Virus record (IMG/VR): IMGVR_UViG_3300009073_000005
Location: 1-56,832 of that record
Strand: one strand, 5' to 3'
DNA from: a virus
Length of the DNA: 56,832 bases
Within the stretch, counting starts at the first letter, position 1. Each line of letters begins with the position of its first letter. The translations under genes were made by a program, and so were the position numbers. Under the pieces are notes generated by a model, which did not search any database, was not told the origin of the DNA, and saw nothing but the letters and a program-made list of their open reading frames with translations. Positions 26,073 through 32,513 of the stretch are shown piece after piece.

Positions 26073-26235
26073 TCTTCGCCTCCTCCAGTTTCGACTCTAT
26101 GTTTTCGAGGTGCTCTACGATGTCATCAAGCTTGTTATTATTTGATAACCTTTCCTCAAACATCTTCCAAAGACCACCACCGGCAGCCGCTGCGAAGGCA
26201 ATAAGCCCAGCCTTTCCTATTCCGTCATTTGACAT
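26044..26235 (-). CDS. Hypothetical small membrane protein (63 aa)
   Basis: Hydrophobic GLIAFAAAAGGGLW segment followed by a charged tail. Confidence 0.45.
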   Translation of the reverse strand: MSNDGIGKAGLIAFAAAAGGGLWKMFEERLSNNNKLDDIVEHLENIESKLEEAKSEKRNNDKG

Positions 26236-26599
26236 TTCTCTTCACCAATCCTATTGAGGTTATGTTTATCTTGTCGAATCTCATTCTATCCGAATCCCCA
26301 GATATCCTTGCACTTACAGGCACGAACGCCGGAAGGAATGCGTACCCGAGATCGATCCATTCATCCGGGGGCATTTTTCTGTACTTTCCTTTGGAGAAAA
26401 ATACCCCAGAATCGTCTACATCAAGCTTAACAAGCATCTCCGGCTCCGATTCGTGGTCGTGGCTCATAAATACACGCTTGTTTATTTCCACAACATCGAA
26501 GCACCCGGAAGCGTAAACATCTCCCTCGTGGTCAGGTTCCTCGTACTTTATAACGTATTGCTTCTCGTCGAGATCGAATTTCTTAAATCTATCACTCAT
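26225..26599 (-). CDS. Hypothetical protein (124 aa)
   Basis: Operon member. Confidence 0.55.
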   Translation of the reverse strand: MSDRFKKFDLDEKQYVIKYEEPDHEGDVYASGCFDVVEINKRVFMSHDHESEPEMLVKLDVDDSGVFFSKGKYRKMPPDEWIDLGYAFLPAFVPVSARISGDSDRMRFDKINITSIGLVKRNVK

Positions 26600-26952
26600 A
26601 AATTGAACGCCTCTGTCGCGACATCTTTAATCATCTGACTATCGCCAGATTTTAAACGGTAAACACAGTAAGAAATCACTTCATCCGAGAATGTTCTTGT
26701 CTTGATCGACTCGGAGTTAATATCCGCGATAAGAGCCGCCGAAAGAACGCCAGAGGCATTTTCGATTATCTGATTTTTGAAGCTTTCCGGTAAGTCAGGT
26801 AGCGATTTCAGGTTTGTAGTAAGCAGGAAGTCGAACACCTCTCTAATGCTTTTCTGCGAAGCCTTTTCGTCTTCTTTGTCGATCTCAGCTCGTATATCTG
26901 AATCAATATAAAGCTCGACGCACTGCTCAATTTTTCTTTTAATTTCTGTCAT
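26596..26952 (-). CDS. Hypothetical protein (118 aa)
   Basis: Operon member, 4-nt overlap. Confidence 0.55.
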   Translation of the reverse strand: MTEIKRKIEQCVELYIDSDIRAEIDKEDEKASQKSIREVFDFLLTTNLKSLPDLPESFKNQIIENASGVLSAALIADINSESIKTRTFSDEVISYCVYRLKSGDSQMIKDVATEAFNL

Positions 26953-26953
26953 C

Positions 26954-27235
26954 TTATTTCCCTATTGCCTTTTCTATTAAAATCATAACAACCATGTTTT
27001 TTATGTCTTCTTTTAGTTCTTTTATCTTTTCTTTTTTTAGCCTTACTAGATAGTTACCCGATATGATGCTGTAAGATTCGCTCACAGACCTTTCGATAAT
27101 CTTCGCGAAATCTGATGGAAGTATAACCGAAGGATCGGCGCAAACATAATCACAAACATCATCTATTACCTCATCGAGAATGAATCCCAGCCTCTTAAGG
27201 CATACATCATATGTCCATTCATTTAAAGTCTCCAT
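26954..27235 (-). CDS. Hypothetical protein (93 aa)
   Basis: Operon member. Confidence 0.5.
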   Translation of the reverse strand: METLNEWTYDVCLKRLGFILDEVIDDVCDYVCADPSVILPSDFAKIIERSVSESYSIISGNYLVRLKKEKIKELKEDIKNMVVMILIEKAIGK

Positions 27236-27275
27236 AGTGAAAAACTTACACCATGTCCGAACAAATGCAACATTT

Positions 27276-27563
27276 TTATAGGCCGTCCCCTTTGGCGTGT
27301 CCTATTATTTCCTCTTTGCTTTTCCGCAGCATTCCTGAACGCTCCGGGCAAAAAGCAGAGTGCTTGTCTATCATCATCAAAATAAAATTCTCGTCACCGG
27401 GAGCTACCCCGTGAGCGATAAGGTCCAGGCCGTGATCGACGATCGTTTTTGAGCTCATCGTGCCTATACCCAGCCCGAACATCAACCAAGAGTATTCAGG
27501 GCTCCCCTCTTCCATGTGGTCCAGTATGTCTATCATAATATTCTCTCTGGCGGGTTTCGCCAT
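27276..27563 (-). CDS. Hypothetical protein (95 aa)
   Basis: Operon member. Confidence 0.5.
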   Translation of the reverse strand: MAKPARENIMIDILDHMEEGSPEYSWLMFGLGIGTMSSKTIVDHGLDLIAHGVAPGDENFILMMIDKHSAFCPERSGMLRKSKEEIIGHAKGDGL

Positions 27564-28198
27564 TTATTCCTGAGTCTTTTAGGATAGTTTTTGGCGGTTA
27601 TGAGTTTGTGGTTTATCGAGTTACCATAAAGATCGTACTCATGATCTGTTATTGATAACTTAAAGAACGTCCTAACGCCTTCGGTTCCGCATTCGTTTAC
27701 ACGGTGCGGCACGTTTGGCCGTAGCATTATCAAACTCTTGTTGTGAAAAGAGTACTCCTTTTCGGCTGGCAGGTTTTTTCGCATATCCACCAACGACTGG
27801 TCGTGGCAGTCGGTCATCGTAATTTGGTAACGGTTAAAGATAGTCGGTTGCGTGTTTGACCATATGTAGTTCATGTCATTGGTTCCGAACCCATCGCAAT
27901 GATACCCTCTCCGGTTGTATTGAGTTCTGTCGAACTGATACAGGTGCTTAAGCGTAACGTATACGTTTTTGCCGAAGGCAGAGTCTTTTGGGTTTCTATC
28001 ATCGAAGTCCTTAAGGCACTCGTTTATCATCGCAACACAGGGCCTCATGCGCTTTTCTAACACAACCCTCGATGTGCCTTTATTTTTGCACTTAAAGTAC
28101 TGATAAAAACACAGCTCGTCCATCGACATTTCAAAAACGCCAAGAGACTCCGGGTGCCCAGTCCTTACTATTTCACTATCCATTCCAGATCCTCCCAT
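27533..28198 (-). CDS. Putative 2OG-Fe(II) dioxygenase-fold protein
   Basis: GYHCDGF (HxD), NVPHRV (distal His) and RTFFKLS (RxS) occur in the order and spacing typical of the 2OG-Fe(II) jelly-roll. The exact start is uncertain. Confidence 0.45.
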   Translation of the reverse strand: MGGSGMDSEIVRTGHPESLGVFEMSMDELCFYQYFKCKNKGTSRVVLEKRMRPCVAMINECLKDFDDRNPKDSAFGKNVYVTLKHLYQFDRTQYNRRGYHCDGFGTNDMNYIWSNTQPTIFNRYQITMTDCHDQSLVDMRKNLPAEKEYSFHNKSLIMLRPNVPHRVNECGTEGVRTFFKLSITDHEYDLYGNSINHKLITAKNYPKRLRNKWRNPPERIL

Positions 28199-28341
28199 TT
28201 CTCAAGTATCTCATCGATTCGGTGAGACTGATATCCGATATCTTCGCCGCTTAGATACATCTCGCACAGCCTGGTCGCGTATATAAAAGAGAAGCCATAT
28301 TTGCGGTTTAGTTCATGCACTATGTATTCAGATTCGCTCAT
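28168..28341 (-). CDS. Hypothetical protein (57 aa; start trimmed to the ATGA overlap)
   Basis: The ATG at 28341-28339 overlaps the TGA of the upstream gene at 28340-28338. Confidence 0.5.
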   Translation of the reverse strand: MSESEYIVHELNRKYGFSFIYATRLCEMYLSGEDIGYQSHRIDEILEKWEDLEWIVK

Positions 28342-28703
28342 TTCATTAGCTCCTTGTAAAGCGATGGCCGTATCTCTTGCCAATTCATCGCGTCGTAGTT
28401 CCCAACAGACCAGTAGCACTTGCCATCAAGCACGCCAACACAAAGGCACCCATAATAATTACCGGGTCCGACCTCGACAACGTTTCTTATGTTCTTTTCT
28501 ATGTATTCGGCACGCCTTTCTTCTTCATCAAGCTTCGCAACCCTTAGCTGCTCGGCCCTCTCGCGTCTTTCGTGCTCGGAGGCAATCTGCTCAGCCGCCT
28601 TTCCCTTTTCGGTCCAATGTCTTTCATCGTCAAAGGCCGTTACGTCTACTTTTCCATGGCTTCTGTCGTTTTCATCGACACGGGACCTGCAAAATTCTCT
28701 CAT
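28338..28703 (-). CDS. Hypothetical protein (121 aa)
   Basis: E/R-rich helix then a Cys-containing C-terminal domain. ATGA overlap with the HTH gene. Confidence 0.55.
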   Translation of the reverse strand: MREFCRSRVDENDRSHGKVDVTAFDDERHWTEKGKAAEQIASEHERRERAEQLRVAKLDEEERRAEYIEKNIRNVVEVGPGNYYGCLCVGVLDGKCYWSVGNYDAMNWQEIRPSLYKELMK

Positions 28704-28879
28704 TTTTCCACCAGTACGTGCATAATTTTAGTGTTTTCGTCTACCCAGGACTCAAGATCTGGAAACAGCTCGACCTCGCCACGGTCGCTCTGCTTCAAAT
28801 AACCCTTCCTGATCCAGTTACTGACCGTCTGACGGGTCACGTTACAACGTTCTGCAACCTCAGAAATAGTACAGATCAT
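28700..28879 (-). CDS. Small HTH DNA-binding protein (59 aa; absent from the supplied ORF track, which lists nothing shorter than 60 aa)
   Basis: My translation: MICTISEVAERCNVTRQTVSNWIRKGYLKQSDRGEVELFPDLESWVDENTKIMHVLVEK. Classic HTH (VAERCNVTRQTVSNWIRKG). The TGA overlaps the ATG of the next gene. Confidence 0.7.
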   Translation of the reverse strand: MICTISEVAERCNVTRQTVSNWIRKGYLKQSDRGEVELFPDLESWVDENTKIMHVLVEK

Positions 28880-28880
28880 G

Positions 28881-29078
28881 CTACTTTACCTCCGGGAAAA
28901 GCGCCTTAAGTAGTTTTATCTCGCGTTCTTCGAGGAATTCAAAGGACCACGGGACGATAAGATCGCCGTTCTCGTCAGGGTTTGGGTATGGTCGCGATAG
29001 TTTAATCGCAAGCACGATCCTATCACCAATAGACAGCCGACGCGCGGCCTCGTTTTGTTCTTCTGTATATTTAATCAT
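28881..29078 (-). CDS. Hypothetical protein (65 aa)
   Basis: Operon member directly upstream of the HTH gene. Confidence 0.5.
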   Translation of the reverse strand: MIKYTEEQNEAARRLSIGDRIVLAIKLSRPYPNPDENGDLIVPWSFEFLEEREIKLLKALFPEVK

Positions 29079-29196
29079 CGTCTTCTTCCTTTTTCATTAT
29101 CCTTTTTGCACACTCATACACGAAGGCCGCTGTGAAGATGGCAAAAACCAACTTCCAGCAAGCGATCGCAGTACTAAACAATAGATCGACTATCAT
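29071..29196 (-). CDS. Possible small membrane protein (41 aa; not in the ORF track)
   Basis: My translation: MIVDLLFSTAIACWKLVFAIFTAAFVYECAKRIMKKEEDDD. It fills the gap between two genes and overlaps the start of the next. Confidence 0.4.
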   Translation of the reverse strand: MIVDLLFSTAIACWKLVFAIFTAAFVYECAKRIMKKEEDDD

Positions 29197-29200
29197 ATCT

Positions 29201-29746
29201 TTATGCCTTCATCGCAGAGATACATCTTTTCAGATCTTCAAGGGCAACCAGAATTTCCATCGCCTTTTTAGGGTCAAATTCTACCTCTTCGTCCTCATTA
29301 ACCTCTTCTGGTTCCTTTTCCTCGTCAGAATCATTATTCATCGAGAAGATTTTAGAAAAGAAGGCCGGAGATACACTCAACTCTTCGCTATCAACATCTT
29401 CAGCTTCAGCTTCCTCTTCCTCGATCGCCGCGTCCCGTGCTTTGAGTACTTCTTTTATGCCGCGAATCAGTACAATAAAAAACGCATCCTCAACGCTTGT
29501 ATTTAGAACCTTTGCGATATCGGTTCCAAGCAAGAATTTCATACTTGCAGATAAGTCCTTTACAAACTTTTCGTTCATGTCCGAGTCTTTAATGGCACCG
29601 GCGATTCGGTGAAGATTGAATCCTTCAATACTACCTAGGTCTAGCCACTCTTGTTTCGTGATTTCGTGGTCCGCATTTTTGAAATATTGCTCCATCGTTG
29701 CGGTTCCGATCTTTTCTTTCATTGTTCTGTTAACTTCATTTGTCAT
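29201..29746 (-). CDS. Early protein with a strongly acidic C-terminal half (181 aa)
   Basis: First gene after Pb, starts MTNEV. Runs EEEEAEAEDVDSEE and DSDEEKEPEEVNEDEEVEFD. Confidence 0.6.
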   Translation of the reverse strand: MTNEVNRTMKEKIGTATMEQYFKNADHEITKQEWLDLGSIEGFNLHRIAGAIKDSDMNEKFVKDLSASMKFLLGTDIAKVLNTSVEDAFFIVLIRGIKEVLKARDAAIEEEEAEAEDVDSEELSVSPAFFSKIFSMNNDSDEEKEPEEVNEDEEVEFDPKKAMEILVALEDLKRCISAMKA

Positions 29747-29825
29747 TTCATTTTCCTTTGGCCTTTAGCCGTTAGTTTTCACTTAAATTTTTGATTTCCA
29801 GATTTAGATTCCCAGTCTTTTTGTT

Positions 29826-29864
29826 AAGCTATTACACATAATCCATTACAGCAAGTACTTTACA
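29826..29864 (-). promoter_or_regulatory. Probable early leftward promoter Pb with an operator half-site
   Basis: Minus strand: TGTAAAGTACTTGCTG, with TTGCTG as -35, 17 bp, TAGCTT. Weaker than the other copies. Confidence 0.4.
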
Positions 29865-30150
29865 TACATTCCGCGAAAAAATCGTTCAGGATATCTCCCA
29901 TGTGCATCGACATTAGCCCGGCGCTGAACTTAAGCATGGCGGTTTCCTGCTCACGCCCCAATTTTGCGGCCATAATCGCAACCGAAATCTTATTTGACTC
30001 TCCCTGTAGCTTTGGGCTTACTATTTTCGTGAAATAGTCAATATCCGCGCTTTTTGCGGGGGGCCGGTACAGGTCATAGGCGGTTTCGCGCCTAATCCTG
30101 TCTATAGCGCCCTGTATCGCGTTGTTTATGTGATTTTCAAAGTCACGCAC
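29860..30150 (-). CDS. Hypothetical protein (96 aa)
   Basis: Second gene of the Pc operon. Confidence 0.5.
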   Translation of the reverse strand: MRDFENHINNAIQGAIDRIRRETAYDLYRPPAKSADIDYFTKIVSPKLQGESNKISVAIMAAKLGREQETAMLKFSAGLMSMHMGDILNDFFAECM

Positions 30151-30171
30151 AATAAAACCCCAAAGGGTGGA

Positions 30172-30486
30172 CTAAACCACCTCAAAAGCCATCTCAAGGT
30201 TGCCCAATGTCGCTTTTTTCGCCATTTCAAAGTCATCTCCAATCAATTCGGAATAAGCATCAAGAGAAGCCTCTATTACAATCTCAGAAAAGCATAAAAG
30301 CTTACTCCTTAGCGCATTTATTCCGAACTTCTTAACAAATTCGATGTCCTTGTTTAGTTCTGGCATTCCAATGTAACCGCCAAGCTCCCAATTATCCTGT
30401 GTCATCATGTGAGTGACGGTTTTGTATCTTTCTTTGTATTCTCTAGCCGAACCTGCGATCTCTATAATAATTTTTGCGTTTGTCAT
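30172..30486 (-). CDS. Hypothetical protein (104 aa)
   Basis: First gene after Pc. ACTGGGAGG SD, starts MTNAK. Confidence 0.6.
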   Translation of the reverse strand: MTNAKIIIEIAGSAREYKERYKTVTHMMTQDNWELGGYIGMPELNKDIEFVKKFGINALRSKLLCFSEIVIEASLDAYSELIGDDFEMAKKATLGNLEMAFEVV

Positions 30487-30508
30487 TTTGACCTCCCAGT
30501 CTGATATC

Positions 30509-30547
30509 AGATTAATTCATTGATTCGATGTTGTCAAATACTTTGCA
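30509..30547 (-). promoter_or_regulatory. Early leftward promoter Pc with operator variant
   Basis: Minus strand: TTGACA (30537-30532), 17 bp, TAATCT (30514-30509). Operator TGTCAAATACTTTGCA. A/T-tract DNA upstream at 30560-30600. Confidence 0.65.
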
Positions 30548-30979
30548 ACAGTTAATCACGATTTTTTTTAAAAATTTTCAATTTCAAATTTCGAATTTGG
30601 ATTAACAAAAACAAAAGATGGCCGATATTCGCTGGCTTTACAACTGTATCAAATTTTGACAAATAAATTTTGCGTGTAGATCGACCGTTTTAAGGGCTCA
30701 AAATGGTAAACGGACTTTTGGCGCAACGAGGGCGATTCTAAGGCCCGCTGTCGGCTCAGCGTCCACGTCATAGGGGCACACGGCGCACACCCCGCAGAAT
30801 CGAAACTGCGAAGCCTGGTGCGGTATTATGTTCTCAGGTGTGACCGTTTCACTGGGCGCAATGGTTGCGGGGTCGGTGCTTGGACTACCTCGTACACGAG
30901 AACCCAATAAAAACAAGGGGTTGCGGTTGATAGGCTAAATAAAAGTGTCTCATTCACCGCAAAACCGCTGTCTTATGCG

Positions 30980-31896
30980 CGTCGCACTTTATATTAAAGA
31001 AAAAGACCAATCAATGCGGGCACATACGATGCCGAAATTCTAAAGCGCGACATTTTGCACCCCCTAAATTGCCCTATTTCGTGTTTGTCGCGTTTTAGAT
31101 TCTCTTTTGTTTCCGGGGGGTTAGGTGCCAAAAAGTGCCCAAAAAAGTTAAAACGCGACAAATTGGGGGTAACACAATATTCCGCATCGACGAATTACCG
31201 TACACTCGCGCGTGTTTAATTATTAAAATAAATATATAGTTAACTCCCTTTATTTAGCGCCACTTATCCCCATGTCTTACCCCCTGAATACAATTCTGCT
31301 TTTTTGTGTGTTTTAAAGGCTTACCCCCCAATTTGTCGCACTTTACGTTTTTGAGGGGTGTTTTTGCGTGTAAGTATCTAATATCATTGACGAATCTAAA
31401 GTGCGACACGGTGGAATGCGGGTTTGCGGCGATGCGCCCCGAATAACCCAATGATATCGGTGTATTACATAAGTGCGACATTTTGGCAGATCGTTCTATT
31501 ATTTTGTCGCGTTGTCGCGCTTTAGATTCTAAAACCGCCACCTGGGTGCCATAATCGGGGTAGATCGTTGATATAAATCGAACGGCCTATCGCGTATATT
31601 TTAATCACATACACTATATCTTGGCCCGTTCGTGTGTGTTCACCGTACACCAAATAGGCCGACCTAATCTCGGGGATTTCGGGAAAGTTTGGTCTGCGTT
31701 TTTTGTGTACGGTCTGAATATTTGATTAGCACTGTATGATAAATAACACCGGAGCGTGCGCCCTTTATTGTATATATTAACCGAATGAGTGGTGTGCGGC
31801 CAAATACTTGTCAAAGTACTTTGAATTACCCCTGTCCGATATGATACACTTCGCGTTTTCAAGTTAAAGTGCGACAAAGTGTCGCGTTTTAGATTT
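30980..31896. repeat. Array of 11 copies of a 12-17-nt motif (GAATC)TAAA[G/A][T/C]GCGACA in both orientations
   Basis: Plus-oriented copies at 31036-31052, 31149-31160, 31392-31408, 31469-31480, 31865-31876. Minus-oriented copies at 30980-30991, 31086-31102, 31334-31345, 31505-31511, 31513-31529, 31880-31896. Confidence 0.85.
31809..31825. promoter_or_regulatory. Orphan operator-like palindrome inside the ORF-free segment
   Basis: TGTCAAAGTACTTTGAA shares the core AAAGTACTTT with the early operators, but no -10 box sits at 17 bp on either side. Confidence 0.4.
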
Positions 31897-32156
31897 TGCA
31901 TCATATTGATACAGAAATAGTGTCTCACCTGTAAAGCCAGAGCAACATATATGTTGCCCCAGGTATACATTAAAGGCCCCAATGTATACCCCAATGCACG
32001 GTCATGCACGCACCGATTTGTGCCTAATGCCGTCACGTGATAGGGTTAGGTGTGCCCGCATACTAACTAGCGAGCGCGTTCCGGGTCTAAGTCATCCAGG
32101 CATTCCCGGCCTAGCATGGGGATAGGTAAAAACCTCTGGTTGTCATAGGCGTAGCT

Positions 32157-32513
32157 ATGACCATTCTGGGTGTGTGTGTAAACCCTGGCGCGTGCTGTGG
32201 CCATCCGGTGCGGGTAATCACGGAGGGATGGATACCCGTCGAGATGGCTTTACCTATTTACAGGCCGTATATGGTGTGCAAGCGTCTATATATGATAACA
32301 AGAAAATACGACCAAATAACAGAAGAATTCACCGTTAAGAGTACGCTGTCCGGGGACAAGAAATCACTACAGGTTATCGTTAGCGGCGGCGATGAAAGTT
32401 ACGAATACAACCTGATGCGTGCCACAAAGCTTAGCCGGAAAAGGGTGTACTCTGGAATAGATCACGCCATAGGAAAGTACCGAACATTGCGGTGTCGTGA
32501 TTACATTGGATAG
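32157..32513 (+). CDS. Hypothetical protein (start uncertain; possibly an internal ATG)
   Basis: Plus-strand ORF in an otherwise leftward region with a weak RBS. The C-terminal two thirds look protein-like. Confidence 0.35.
   Translation: MTILGVCVNPGACCGHPVRVITEGWIPVEMALPIYRPYMVCKRLYMITRKYDQITEEFTVKSTLSGDKKSLQVIVSGGDESYEYNLMRATKLSRKRVYSGIDHAIGKYRTLRCRDYIG

Larger units (their letters stand above)
30548..32156. other. 1.6-kb segment without credible coding capacity (repeat array, AT-rich tract, GC-rich hairpin-dense stretch)
   Basis: Only three short minus-strand ORFs appear in the track. None has an SD, and two are crossed by motif copies. The rest of the genome is packed gene-to-gene. Confidence 0.7.

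Noticed and set aside
26616-26625. TGTCGCGACA palindrome inside the early coding region as an extra iteron
   Set aside because: It is a single short occurrence within or at a gene junction. Isolated matches to the 6-7-nt core are expected by chance in 57 kb, and it lacks the TAAA/GAATC flank of the array copies.
28301-28909. 202-aa plus-strand ORF across the early region (similarly 44450..45040, 49984..50421, 14173..14634 and 21897..22472 on the strands opposite real genes)
   Set aside because: They are antisense shadows with R/S/H/P-rich composition. They overlap several well-supported genes on the other strand.
30980-31896. The 17-nt motif array as a CRISPR array or solitary CRISPR-repeat units
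   Set aside because: Copies occur in both orientations with irregular spacing (3 to about 330 nt). The motif is shorter than CRISPR repeats, and there are no cas genes or leader. GTTTTAGA and GTCGCAC only superficially resemble type II and type I-C repeat fragments.
30698-32036. Minus-strand ORFs 30698..30916, 31254..31541 and 31614..32036 as protein-coding genes
   Set aside because: None has a Shine-Dalgarno sequence, in a genome with strong ones, and at least one starts with TTG. Their amino-acid composition is atypical. 31254..31541 and 31614..32036 are crossed by repeat copies and palindromes.
30548-32156. Stop-codon reassignment (alternative genetic code) as the explanation for the ORF-free segment
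   Set aside because: The rest of the genome translates cleanly in the standard code with conventional stops. Neither tRNA-like gene has a suppressor anticodon. All six frames are broken repeatedly here.
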